A stretch of 64,000 bases of DNA from the NCBI GenBank assembly GCA_963664875.1, contig OY761611.1, positions 1,696,001 through 1,760,000 of the forward strand. Reading direction: 5' to 3'. Source of the stretch: Candidatus Kapaibacterium sp. (GTDB lineage: Bacteria; Bacteroidota; Ignavibacteria; Kapaibacteriales; UBA2268). Below, piece by piece: positions 48,167 through 58,188 of the stretch (positions are counted from its first letter, which is position 1; the number at the start of each line of letters is the position of its first letter). Position numbers and translations under genes: made by a program. Under the pieces are notes generated by a model, which did not search any database, was not told the DNA's origin, and saw only the letters and a list, made by a program, of their open reading frames with translations.

Positions 48167-49993
48167 ATGAGTGAGCAAATCCAAGCTAAAGATTTTGTTG
48201 TTACCGCACGTAAGTGGCGTCCGCAATCATTTGCAGATGTAGTTGGACAACAACATATATCAAATACTTTAAAAAATGCTATTAAAAACAATAGAGTTCA
48301 CCACGCATATCTTTTTTGCGGGCCTCGTGGCGTTGGTAAAACTACTACTGCCCGTATCCTGTCGCGCGCTGTCAACTGTCTCAATCCTGTTGATTTTGAG
48401 CCGTGCAACGAGTGCGAAAACTGTAAAAATATCCTGAACGGCCAGTCTATGGACGTTATAGAGATTGACGGTGCTTCTAACAATAGTGTCGATGACATCA
48501 GAAAGCTAAGGGAAAATGCTAAATATGCCCCTTCCGGTAGCAAGTATAAAATGTACATCATCGATGAGGTTCACATGCTCTCAACTTCTGCGTTTAATGC
48601 GTTGCTTAAAACGCTTGAAGAGCCACCTCCGCATTTGATGTTTGTCTTTGCCACTACCGAAGCTCATAAAGTGCCGGCTACTATTATAAGCCGCTGCCAG
48701 AAATTTGATTTCCGTAGAATGGAAATTGATTCAATAGTAAACCGCTTGAAATTTATTGCTGAAAACGAAGGTATTACTGCTGACGAAGAGTCATTAATCA
48801 CAGTTGCCAAAAAAGGCGACGGCTCTATGCGTGACAGTCAGAGTATTTTTGATCAGGTGGTTGCCTTTTGCGGAAAAGATATTCGCTATAAAGATATGGC
48901 TGATGCTCTAAATCTAATTGATGAAGATTTCTATTTCAGAATTAGCGACTCTATACTGAAGCACGACCTTGCTGATATGTTTGAAATAGCTGCCGGCGTG
49001 GTAAATAGAGGTTATGATTTAAAAGAAGCACTCCATGGTCTGATTGAATTTTTCAGAAATATTCTTACTATCAAAGTTACCGGCGAAACCAAACTAATAG
49101 AAACTTCTGAAGCATATCTACAGAAATACAGAGAAACAGCCGGAAGTTACACCAAGGAAGATTTGATTAGATTTATCAACTTTGTTACCCAGACAGAGCT
49201 TAATCTGAAGTTTGCACCGCAACCTAAAATCAAGTTCGAAATGACGCTTGTTCAGCTTGCATCTATGGATTCGGTTTCTCAGATTAGCACCTTAATCGCA
49301 GAACTCCAGGATTTAAAAGCACAGCTTGCTTCGGGGAATATGCCTGTGATAGCAGCAGAAGAAAAAAAAAAATCTAATGTGATTTCGGATAACCGGGAAG
49401 CAGATTACACTGCAAAACCTGTAGCTATTTCCCAAATGGGAACGCAAGAAGAGACTCCTTCTCAAGTGAGAATTAATGACAATTCTCAAAAAGCATTAGA
49501 ATCACACTGGCAGGAGTTTTTAGATAAGAAATGTTCTGCTGAGCTTGCGATAGCGAAACAGTGCAAGGCAAAGTTTTATGACGGCGAAGTGCTACTGTTT
49601 TCGACTCAAAGTTTCCAGAAAATGGTACTCGAATCGAAAAAAAATGAGCTTAGCAATGTAGCTACTGAATTTTTCGGAAAACCCGTAAAAATAATGGCTG
49701 GAGATGAAAATAGCGTCGAAAAAAAGTCAATAGCTGACCTTGTATCTGCCCTGCCCAAAAAAGCAGAGATCAAAGAAGAAATATCTTCAATCAACGAAGA
49801 CAAAAAAGAGCCTGCAAACGACAGAGATGAATTCGCAGCAGCTCTCAAAAGACAAGAAGAGTCAGCTAAATTTGAAGACACGTCTCACAAATCAGAACAT
49901 AGCACAATAGCTACTACAAAAGAGGAAATAGAGAATTTGCACCCGGTGGAGCGTGCTATAGTTGAAATATTCGGGGCAAGAGAGGTTAGATAG
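48167..49993 (+). CDS. dnaX: DNA polymerase III subunit gamma/tau
   Basis: ARKWRPQSF, GPRGVGKTT, EIDGASN, IIDEVHML, NALLKTLEEPP, SRC. Confidence 0.98.
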   Translation: MSEQIQAKDFVVTARKWRPQSFADVVGQQHISNTLKNAIKNNRVHHAYLFCGPRGVGKTTTARILSRAVNCLNPVDFEPCNECENCKNILNGQSMDVIEIDGASNNSVDDIRKLRENAKYAPSGSKYKMYIIDEVHMLSTSAFNALLKTLEEPPPHLMFVFATTEAHKVPATIISRCQKFDFRRMEIDSIVNRLKFIAENEGITADEESLITVAKKGDGSMRDSQSIFDQVVAFCGKDIRYKDMADALNLIDEDFYFRISDSILKHDLADMFEIAAGVVNRGYDLKEALHGLIEFFRNILTIKVTGETKLIETSEAYLQKYRETAGSYTKEDLIRFINFVTQTELNLKFAPQPKIKFEMTLVQLASMDSVSQISTLIAELQDLKAQLASGNMPVIAAEEKKKSNVISDNREADYTAKPVAISQMGTQEETPSQVRINDNSQKALESHWQEFLDKKCSAELAIAKQCKAKFYDGEVLLFSTQSFQKMVLESKKNELSNVATEFFGKPVKIMAGDENSVEKKSIADLVSALPKKAEIKEEISSINEDKKEPANDRDEFAAALKRQEESAKFEDTSHKSEHSTIATTKEEIENLHPVERAIVEIFGAREVR

Positions 49994-50188
49994 TTAACTC
50001 ATAACTTGCTTTATTCTAAAAAAACACCAAATGTTATAAATGTTATCATATTTTTTGAGGCTTTCGGCATACTTGCACGGAAGCTTTTTTTTCTTAGGAA
50101 ATAGTCCATACAAAAAAATAATAATAATGCTGAAAAGTATTTATTACATTTGTCTTTAAGTGCTACACACATGACATGAGAAAGAATA

Positions 50189-50785
50189 ATGACAGTATCT
50201 GAAATATTGAATTGGTGCAAACAGGAAAAACTTGAAAAGGGATATATCAGCTTTCCTCAGGAACTGTTTGACAGTTTTAATGAAGAAATCGCAAAGGCTA
50301 TTGTTGTGGAGATGAAGCACAACGCTCTGATAAAATTGCCTCAGTATGAAATCGAATTTTATGAATGGCTTAAAGAAAATGACAGAAGCGTTTGGGATGA
50401 CTTATGGTCATGTGAGCTACACGAGCCTTATATTGTAAGTTGCATATTCTTACCTAATCTTGTTGAAAGAGATGGCAGAGGCTTTCCAATTTGCGATTTG
50501 GAACACAATGATAACTATTTCTTTAACGAAAAACACATGACCGACGAAGAGTCGAAAGTCTATATCGAAACATCAAGGAATAGATTTCAGGATAGACAAA
50601 AGCTAACCGTACCCCAGTTGCTCGCACTCGAAATTTCAGTGGGACCAATAGATATTTGGCACTTTGCATATAAATATAAAATCAGTATCGCACAAGCAAA
50701 AGCCGCAGTAGAAGAACTAAAAGATGATTTTGCCCTTGTGCATCTGACAAATGCTGAGCATTTAGCTAAGTTCATGGAGGAATAA
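50189..50785 (+). CDS. Conserved hypothetical protein, translationally coupled to lysC
   Basis: 198-aa ORF; TACATTTG box at 50145-50152; its stop abuts the lysC ATG. Confidence 0.75.
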   Translation: MTVSEILNWCKQEKLEKGYISFPQELFDSFNEEIAKAIVVEMKHNALIKLPQYEIEFYEWLKENDRSVWDDLWSCELHEPYIVSCIFLPNLVERDGRGFPICDLEHNDNYFFNEKHMTDEESKVYIETSRNRFQDRQKLTVPQLLALEISVGPIDIWHFAYKYKISIAQAKAAVEELKDDFALVHLTNAEHLAKFMEE

Positions 50786-52048
50786 ATGATAGTACTCAAG
50801 TTTGGAGGTACATCAGTCAAAGATGCTTCTTCTATGAAACTTGCTTACAATGCTGTCAGCAGTCAAAATGATAAATGTCTCGTGGTGCTTTCTGCCTGTT
50901 CCGGCATTACTGATATGCTGATTGCTTTGCCGGAATTGCTGGTAAAGAATAAAGAAGAAGCTAAAGAATTGCTGTCAAAAATTGAGTTGCACCATATCAA
51001 TCTCATCAAAGAATTGGGAATTGAAGATAAATGCGAAGCCTTTTTTACCAAGTTGGGTGAGCTTGCAGATATGTGCGAAGGTGTCGCTATATTAGGGGAG
51101 TATTCCGAAAGAAACTATGCTAAGATTGTTTCATTTGGGGAATTCCTATCTACTGCAATCTTCGAGGCGTATTGCAGAAAATCAGGTTTAAAGAGTTGCC
51201 TAATAGATTCTACAAAATTTATTAAAACTGACTCGAACTACTCATCCGCTAAGTATCAGGCAAATTTGAGCAGACATCTGTTTGCGGAATTGCGAAATTT
51301 CAAAGACAACTATGATTTAGCAATCGCACAGGGTTTTGTTGCATCTGACGCTGAAGGGAAAATAACACTTCTCGGAAGAGGTGGGTCGGATTTTTCAGCA
51401 GCTATCTTCGGCAAGGAGCTTTCCGCAAAAGAGATACTCATATACACTGATGTTAACGGGATATTGAGCACAGACCCACGTTTGGTACCTCAAGCGAAGC
51501 AACTTTCTATTTTGAGCTTCGACCAAGTCAGGCGACTTTCTTTTTTCGGAGCAAAAGTAATCCATCCCGATACCATTTTGCCTGCAATGGAAGCCAATAT
51601 CCCCGTGAAGATATTAAACACGTTTGAGCAATCAAATCAAGGAACTACAATTATATCAGAAGGAAGCGGCGAAAACGAAATACAATCACTTGTGCTAAAG
51701 AGGAACTGTTTGCTTCTACGTACCGATAACAACTTGCCTGAAAGCTTAAAAGATAAAATGAAAGTTTTATTTTCCGCTGAATCTGACGGACGCAAAACTA
51801 TAATCATCGAAAATATTCCTCATTTGAAAGCTAATTTGGACAATTTAGAAGAAACTGATATAATAGCAATTTGCGGCAATTTTGTTAATCGCTCTTCAGG
51901 TTTATTGAGGATAATCCATGCCTTACTCACTCACAGTGCAGGTATTGATATATACACAGGCTTTTCCCAGCATGCAATTTTGCTAACTGTTCCAAATTCG
52001 CATTCAGAAAAAGTATTAAAGTTGCTACATTCCGGTCTTTTTGAATAG
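50786..52048 (+). CDS. lysC: Aspartate kinase (degenerate ACT region)
   Basis: VLKFGGTSV, SFGE.LS, LLGRGGSD.SA, TDV.G....DPR, GAKVIHP. Confidence 0.95.
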   Translation: MIVLKFGGTSVKDASSMKLAYNAVSSQNDKCLVVLSACSGITDMLIALPELLVKNKEEAKELLSKIELHHINLIKELGIEDKCEAFFTKLGELADMCEGVAILGEYSERNYAKIVSFGEFLSTAIFEAYCRKSGLKSCLIDSTKFIKTDSNYSSAKYQANLSRHLFAELRNFKDNYDLAIAQGFVASDAEGKITLLGRGGSDFSAAIFGKELSAKEILIYTDVNGILSTDPRLVPQAKQLSILSFDQVRRLSFFGAKVIHPDTILPAMEANIPVKILNTFEQSNQGTTIISEGSGENEIQSLVLKRNCLLLRTDNNLPESLKDKMKVLFSAESDGRKTIIIENIPHLKANLDNLEETDIIAICGNFVNRSSGLLRIIHALLTHSAGIDIYTGFSQHAILLTVPNSHSEKVLKLLHSGLFE

Positions 52049-52124
52049 AGTAAAATTTGAGCAATGAGGCTGATAAATTGAGAGATACAAATACTGCTAT
52101 AGATTGACATTATAAGGATTTACT

Positions 52125-52592
52125 ATGCTTAAAATATTGATATTTTCATTGCTCTTGCTTTTTGTCGGTGAAGCAAAACATATTTTAGAAAGGCTTGCAC
52201 TTAATACTTGGGTCGTTGATGAGTATTTTGAAGATGGTGATTATCTATATCAGGAATACTCTTTTATTAAAATCGACGACACCACCTATATTCATAAGAC
52301 TTTTGCCAAAAAAGCCGAGCAATCCGAGCTTATGTTTCTTTCAGAAAACAAACTTATCCTTTCAGGGAATAAGGTAAAATGTAGCACTGCAGACTCAAGC
52401 CTGCATCTTAAATATACATTTGAAAATCAAAATATTTATCTTGATTATGATTATGTACTTCACGGCAGAAATGCTACTATGAGAGATTCTTGGATATATC
52501 AGAACGATTCTTCTTTCAAGTTCATAATTGGAGAATGGGATGGAAATAAATATACCAAAATATATATGGAGACTCCTCTCAAACGCCGATGA
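52125..52592 (+). CDS. Secreted hypothetical protein (lipocalin-like beta barrel suspected)
   Basis: Signal peptide; beta-rich; ATGA overlap with the radical SAM gene. Confidence 0.65.
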   Translation: MLKILIFSLLLLFVGEAKHILERLALNTWVVDEYFEDGDYLYQEYSFIKIDDTTYIHKTFAKKAEQSELMFLSENKLILSGNKVKCSTADSSLHLKYTFENQNIYLDYDYVLHGRNATMRDSWIYQNDSSFKFIIGEWDGNKYTKIYMETPLKRR

Positions 52593-53710
52593 TTAGTTAC
52601 AATGCCATATCCGCAAAATCTATATTGCGACCAATGAAGCAAGTTGATTCATGGTTTTTGTCAGCCTATGGAATGAACTTGTATCGAGGGTGTGCTCATA
52701 ATTGTAGCTATTGCGATGGCAGAGCAGAATCATATTATGCTCCCGCTAATTTCGCTTCTGAAATAGAAGTCAAATCTAATGCTATAGAAATTTTAGACAG
52801 AGAACTTAATCCTTCCCGAAAGAGAAAACAGTTTGAAAGAGCATTCATCTTGCTTGGAGGTGGTGTAAATGACAGCTATCAACCTGCAGAAAAGAAGTAT
52901 GAACTTACAAAAAAGACATTAGATTTGCTTCTAAAATACGGACATGCTGTTCATATTCTCACTCGCTCACCGCTCGCTATGCGAGACAGCGAAATAATTA
53001 AAGACATCTACAGCAAAAGAGCGGCACTTTTTTCAATGAGTTTTTCTACTGCAGATGATAAAATCGCCTCCATATTTGAACCCAATGCACCGTCACCTAC
53101 TCAAAAACTAAAGACAATAGAGCATTTCAGGAATATCGGAATACCTGCCGGCATTTTTCTAATGCCTGTTATTCCATTTATAACAGACACTCCTAAGCAA
53201 ATGGACTTAACCATAAAAGCAGCTAAAGACGCCGGTGCTATGTATGTTGTTTTTGGAGGAATGACTTTAAAAGAAGGCAGACAAAAAGAGCATTTCATGA
53301 AAGTGCTTAGCGACAATTTCCCGGAACTTGCCATCAATTATGATATGATTTATAATAAGAACAAGTGGGGCAATGCTAATTCGGACTACTATAATTATAT
53401 AAATTCAGTGTTCGACCAAGTTGCATCTCATCATAAAATGCCTAAGAGAATAAACGTCTCTCTTGCTAAGAACCTATTTGATGTTAATACGAAAGCTGCA
53501 ATAATTCTTGAGCATTTAGATTATATTGTCAAACTTCGTGGACAACAAACTCCATACCTACAAGCAGCACGTAAAGTTCGAGCACTGACAGAGTCAATAG
53601 AATCATTACATTCACTCAGATCACTGAACGGTGTTGGTACATTCACTGCTAAAATATTACGAGAAATTATAGATACCGGTACTTCTTCCTACTACGAAAA
53701 GAACCTATAA
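52589..53710 (+). CDS. Radical SAM protein (SplB/Rv2578c-like) with C-terminal helix-hairpin-helix domain
   Basis: N.YRGCAHNCSYC; D.YQP.E; C-terminal PYLQAARKV...LRSLNGVGTFTAKILREII. Confidence 0.88.
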   Translation: MISYNAISAKSILRPMKQVDSWFLSAYGMNLYRGCAHNCSYCDGRAESYYAPANFASEIEVKSNAIEILDRELNPSRKRKQFERAFILLGGGVNDSYQPAEKKYELTKKTLDLLLKYGHAVHILTRSPLAMRDSEIIKDIYSKRAALFSMSFSTADDKIASIFEPNAPSPTQKLKTIEHFRNIGIPAGIFLMPVIPFITDTPKQMDLTIKAAKDAGAMYVVFGGMTLKEGRQKEHFMKVLSDNFPELAINYDMIYNKNKWGNANSDYYNYINSVFDQVASHHKMPKRINVSLAKNLFDVNTKAAIILEHLDYIVKLRGQQTPYLQAARKVRALTESIESLHSLRSLNGVGTFTAKILREIIDTGTSSYYEKNL

Positions 53711-53771
53711 CTGTCAATATTCCGAAAACTATGCTCGAAATTGTATATAAAACGTAGAGCAGATTGAATTT

Positions 53772-53820
53772 AAAAAAAGCTGCAAACAGATGGGATCAAT
53801 TCCATTCCAATTTGCAGCTT
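53772..53820. terminator. Terminator between the convergent radical SAM and aspA genes
   Basis: AAAAAAAGCTGCAAA...TTTGCAGCTT. Confidence 0.7.
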
Positions 53821-53843
53821 CAAAATAATATTCTTTAACGATG

Positions 53844-55709
53844 TTAGAAGTTTCTGGACTGAATCATATTTTCAGGTTTTAACAAATCATCTAACTTTTC
53901 TTTGCTTAGCATCTTATGTTCTAATACCAAATCATATACTGATTTTCCTGATTCCAATGCTTCTTTTGCTATTTTGCTTGAATTTTCATAGCCTAATACA
54001 GGATTTAATGCTGTAACAAGTCCAATTGAATTTTCAACTAATTTGCGGCATACATCTTCGTTAGCAGTTATACCGTCTATGCAGCGGTATTTCAAAGTTT
54101 GCATACCGTTTTTGAGCATTTCAACTGATTCAAAGATACTTTGAGCAATTATTGGTTCCATTACATTGAGCTGCAACTGACCGGCTTCTGCCGCCATTGT
54201 AACTGTAATGTCATTGCCGATTACTTTGAATGCTATCTGATTAACAACTTCAGGGATTACCGGATTTACTTTGCCCGGCATGATTGAAGATCCCGGTTGC
54301 ATTTTAGGTAAATTAATTTCGTTGATACCAGTGCGAGGACCGGAGCTTAGAAGTCTCAAATCATTACAGATTTTAGATAATTTCACAGCTAAGCGTTTAA
54401 CTGCAGAAGAATACATAACAAAAGAACCGGTATCCTGAGTAGCTTCTACTAAGTCAGAAGCAAGCACAACAGGAAGTCCTGTAATCTCAGCAAGGTGTTC
54501 CATTACTTTCGGGCTGTATTTAGGGTCTGCGTTGATACCTGTACCGATTGCAGTACCACCCATGTTAAGCTCAAGGAACAATTTTGAGTTTTCTTCAAGA
54601 CGTTGGATTTCTTCAGACAACGTAGAAGCAAAAGCAGCAAATTCCTGTCCCAATGTCATAGGAACAGCATCCTGCAACTGAGTACGTCCCATTTTGATAA
54701 TATGAGCAAACTCATTAGCTTTGTTTTTGAAAGAATCTATTAAGGCTTTTAAACCTTTTACAAGCTCTTTGTTTTGATAGATAAAAGCAAGTTTTAATGC
54801 AGTTGGGTAAGCATCGTTTGTAGATTGAGCTAAGTTTACATGGTTATTAGGGTGGCAATATTCATATTCACCTTTCTGATGCCCCATGATTTCTAAAGCT
54901 CTGTTTGCTATTACTTCGTTAGCATTCATATTTGTTGAAGTACCTGCACCACCTTGAATCATATCAACTACAAAGTGAGTGTGCATTCTACCATTAATTA
55001 GCTCTTCGCAGGCTGCTACTATACCATCTTTTATATTAGGTTCCAACCAGCCCAAATCACAGTTAGCTTTAGCTGCAGCCATTTTAACCTGAGCCAGAGC
55101 TACGATTAAAGCAGGGAAGTGATTTATACCAATACCGCTGATATTGAAGTTTTCCACAGCTCTAAGAGTCTGCACGCCATAATATACTTCTTCAGGCACA
55201 TCTCTGTCGCCGAGAAGGTCATGTTCGCTTCTTGTGCGACCGGAAACATACTGAGCCGCAGCATCAACCACCTGATTGGTAGTGTGACGCATTCTTCTTG
55301 CTATCACTCTGGAAATTCTCGATAAAATTTTAACAGCTACTTCCGGATGAGATTCCAAAAAGTCTTTGAAGCTGACTCTCGGTATATTCAGAATATTTGA
55401 GTCCTGAGCTGCACGAGCTGAAGTAGAGTGAGGATAGTTATCCATAAAAGCACCTTCGCTTAGGAAATCGTATTCGCCAAAGCGCGTGATCACTTTTTCC
55501 TGTCCAAAAGTACCATTAACATATAACTCAATTGCACCTTCATATACAAAAAATACATGCTGGCGTTCTGTGTTTTGTTCAAAAACGATCTCGCCTTCTG
55601 CGTAATTTTTTTGTTGAACCATTTCGGCAACAAGTTTAAGCTCGTCAGTTGTCAAATCAGCAAAAAGTTCTATTTTTGCGAGGAAATCCATAATATTAGT
55701 GGGTTGCAT
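53844..55709 (-). CDS. aspA: Aspartate ammonia-lyase with N-terminal cyclic-nucleotide-binding (CAP_ED) domain
   Basis: YYGVQTLRA, QGGAGTSTNMN, GRTQLQDA, PGSSIMPGKVNP. N-terminal ~150 aa LFADL...GEIVFEQ...GAIEL...FLSEGAF is cNMP-type. Confidence 0.95.
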   Translation of the reverse strand: MQPTNIMDFLAKIELFADLTTDELKLVAEMVQQKNYAEGEIVFEQNTERQHVFFVYEGAIELYVNGTFGQEKVITRFGEYDFLSEGAFMDNYPHSTSARAAQDSNILNIPRVSFKDFLESHPEVAVKILSRISRVIARRMRHTTNQVVDAAAQYVSGRTRSEHDLLGDRDVPEEVYYGVQTLRAVENFNISGIGINHFPALIVALAQVKMAAAKANCDLGWLEPNIKDGIVAACEELINGRMHTHFVVDMIQGGAGTSTNMNANEVIANRALEIMGHQKGEYEYCHPNNHVNLAQSTNDAYPTALKLAFIYQNKELVKGLKALIDSFKNKANEFAHIIKMGRTQLQDAVPMTLGQEFAAFASTLSEEIQRLEENSKLFLELNMGGTAIGTGINADPKYSPKVMEHLAEITGLPVVLASDLVEATQDTGSFVMYSSAVKRLAVKLSKICNDLRLLSSGPRTGINEINLPKMQPGSSIMPGKVNPVIPEVVNQIAFKVIGNDITVTMAAEAGQLQLNVMEPIIAQSIFESVEMLKNGMQTLKYRCIDGITANEDVCRKLVENSIGLVTALNPVLGYENSSKIAKEALESGKSVYDLVLEHKMLSKEKLDDLLKPENMIQSRNF

Positions 55710-56022
55710 TGGTATCCCCTTATTTAGAATGTCTAATAAGTCAGTAAATTCGTATCAAAAAGCAAAATTACTCTTTTCGGCGGATAATATCCAATATATC
55801 CATACAAGTTAGCAATTACTAATTTTAAAATAACCCGAACTAATTTGCTTTTACTAAATAATTACTAAACCTGTATTTCAATAAGTCCGATATTAGATAA
55901 ATTGGCGAGGTGAATCAAGGCTGTTATGCTATAAAGTAAAGCTAATATAAACCATGAATAAACAACAGATGATACTCTAAAATGTAGAATATCCTGGCAA
56001 TGCCACATTAGTATTGAGAAGT

Positions 56023-58005
56023 CTATAAATCTAAGGACAAAGAATAAATTACTCTTCTGCCGAAGCCTGTAGTAGGAATTGTATTTACATTTTCTCTACC
56101 TCTTATATATTCAGGAATTAACATATCACTATCTGTGATGTTAGTCAATGATATAGCATGGGTAAGCCCAAGCTTATATAATATATTATGGTGATACGAC
56201 AAATGAATATTTAGAGCAAATTGGGTTGATATTTTTTCTAAACTACCTTTGGTATTACTATAAATAATGCCATCTACTGCTAAGTTCACATCGTCAATAT
56301 CTTTATTAATGCCAAATGATACTGTGTGTTTTGGAACAAATCTATAATTTGAAAACGCTTCTTCACTATCATCACCAATAATAATGTTGTAATTCACAAA
56401 AAAGCTAAACACTTCTCTATTTATATATTTGATTTCTAATTCAGAGCCATATCCTGAAAATTTGCCAACATTTCTGTATTCAGAAGGTTTTTCTCTGCTA
56501 AAACTCACCCTTTGAATCAAATCTTCGTAAGTAGCATAATACAAAACAGCTTGTGCAAAAAGGTTGTCAATCTGAGTGATATAGGCAATTTCTAATGTCT
56601 TTGAAGTCTCAGGTGACAAATCCGGATTGCCTACAACACTCGGATGAGAAAAATAAAGCTCAAACATTGTCGGAGTTCTGAATGACTCCCCAAACATAAG
56701 CTTCAAGGCATTGTAATCGCTTAATTTAAAATTTGCTGTTGCCCTCGAAGAAATATTGCTGTTGAAAGTTTTATTACCCGTGTATCTGCTACCCAAAAGC
56801 AAGCTGAGAAAACCATACTTTATGCTACTTTGTATATAAGCAGAATACTCGAACAAATTAGCTTCATCTTTCAAATTGTTTCTAACTATAGTATTGTCTA
56901 TCGTAGAATTTATAGAGTGGTTGTAATCTATACCCTTAATCAAATCTGCTCCTAATTCAAAGCCGAAATTCTCACTCAGTTTGTAGGTGGTGCTAAGTTT
57001 AGAGCCAAATTTTTTGTCATAGATATTTACATGTTCTGTGTGGATATAATTTATTGGATATTCGCGTTTAAAAAAATCATAATATATATTGAGTCCCAAG
57101 GAAAAGTCATCAAAAAGCTGATGTTTTTGATAGTTATATGCTACTAAAAAGCCTCTGTCTTCCAAATCTCCGGGCATCCCGGTTGAATAAGAAAAGTATC
57201 CTCCCAAAAAGGCATGTTTGTCTGCGAAAGCATTGATTGATAAAGAGTGGTCTTTATAGCTTAGTCTCACATCTGCAACATTTATATCATAATGTTCCTG
57301 ATAATTAACTACTGAGTCGTAATTTATAACCAAATCTTTGCTTACGACGATACTGTCAGGGGCAACTACAATATCATAAGGATTACGTAGTTCATGCAAA
57401 TTTGAAGCTGCAACCCGGATAGAAAAATCACCGATGAACTGTGTGAGATTAATGGATGTCGAATTTAGACCAGGGTAACCTATCCTAATCTGACCTGAAG
57501 CATCTGAACGCTCAGGATTTTTTGTTATAATATTTATAACACCGGAGTATGCATTCGTACCGTATAGAACTGAGGCTGGACCTTTCAATATCTCTATACG
57601 TTCTACATTATTGATGTTTATCCTATTTAGAATATGATTACCATAGATTGTTTGCCAAGTTGGCGTATTGTTGATAAGCAGTAGTGTTTTATTGTTGTAA
57701 TAGTTCTGCAATATCCCTCTAAAAGATTCAACGTTTCTGTCGTTATTAGTTTGAGTTATATCTACTCCGGCAACTACCCTGATTGCATCGGCAACACTTT
57801 CGAAATGATATGCTTTGATCATATCTTTATCTATCACTGACACTACAGACGGAGTGCAAAATATTTCTGAAGGAAGGCTTGTAGATACATTTATTGGTAT
57901 CTGCATTAGCTCTTCCATTGTCATATTTTTTATCCTCTCGTATTCGTCTTCAGCCAAAGCTGAACATGATACCAATAAAAGTATCAAGCCTACTATATAC
58001 CCCAT
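56023..58005 (-). CDS. TonB-dependent receptor
   Basis: Plug motifs (ERIEILKGPASVLYG.NA.SGVINIITK); FRTPT..ELY; GNPDL.PE; terminal beta strand. Confidence 0.93.
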   Translation of the reverse strand: MGYIVGLILLLVSCSALAEDEYERIKNMTMEELMQIPINVSTSLPSEIFCTPSVVSVIDKDMIKAYHFESVADAIRVVAGVDITQTNNDRNVESFRGILQNYYNNKTLLLINNTPTWQTIYGNHILNRININNVERIEILKGPASVLYGTNAYSGVINIITKNPERSDASGQIRIGYPGLNSTSINLTQFIGDFSIRVAASNLHELRNPYDIVVAPDSIVVSKDLVINYDSVVNYQEHYDINVADVRLSYKDHSLSINAFADKHAFLGGYFSYSTGMPGDLEDRGFLVAYNYQKHQLFDDFSLGLNIYYDFFKREYPINYIHTEHVNIYDKKFGSKLSTTYKLSENFGFELGADLIKGIDYNHSINSTIDNTIVRNNLKDEANLFEYSAYIQSSIKYGFLSLLLGSRYTGNKTFNSNISSRATANFKLSDYNALKLMFGESFRTPTMFELYFSHPSVVGNPDLSPETSKTLEIAYITQIDNLFAQAVLYYATYEDLIQRVSFSREKPSEYRNVGKFSGYGSELEIKYINREVFSFFVNYNIIIGDDSEEAFSNYRFVPKHTVSFGINKDIDDVNLAVDGIIYSNTKGSLEKISTQFALNIHLSYHHNILYKLGLTHAISLTNITDSDMLIPEYIRGRENVNTIPTTGFGRRVIYSLSLDL

Positions 58006-58098
58006 GCGACCATACCCTTAAAATATCATATATATTTATTAAGACAATTAAGCAATAGAAATATTATTGCAATAAAAAACATTATTTATTTGCATTCT

Positions 58099-58169
58099 AC
58101 TAAAGTTTTAGTTGTATAACTAAATTCTTAGTAGTATATTGACTTTAGTTGTGAACTAATTTTTTTAGT
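58099..58169. promoter_or_regulatory. Three BlaI/MecI/CopY-type operator palindromes
   Basis: ACTAAAGTTTTAGT (58099-58112), ACTAAATTCTTAGT (58119-58132), ACTAATTTTTTTAGT (58155-58169). Confidence 0.7.
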
Positions 58170-58188
58170 TGTTGATATGGAGCTTATT

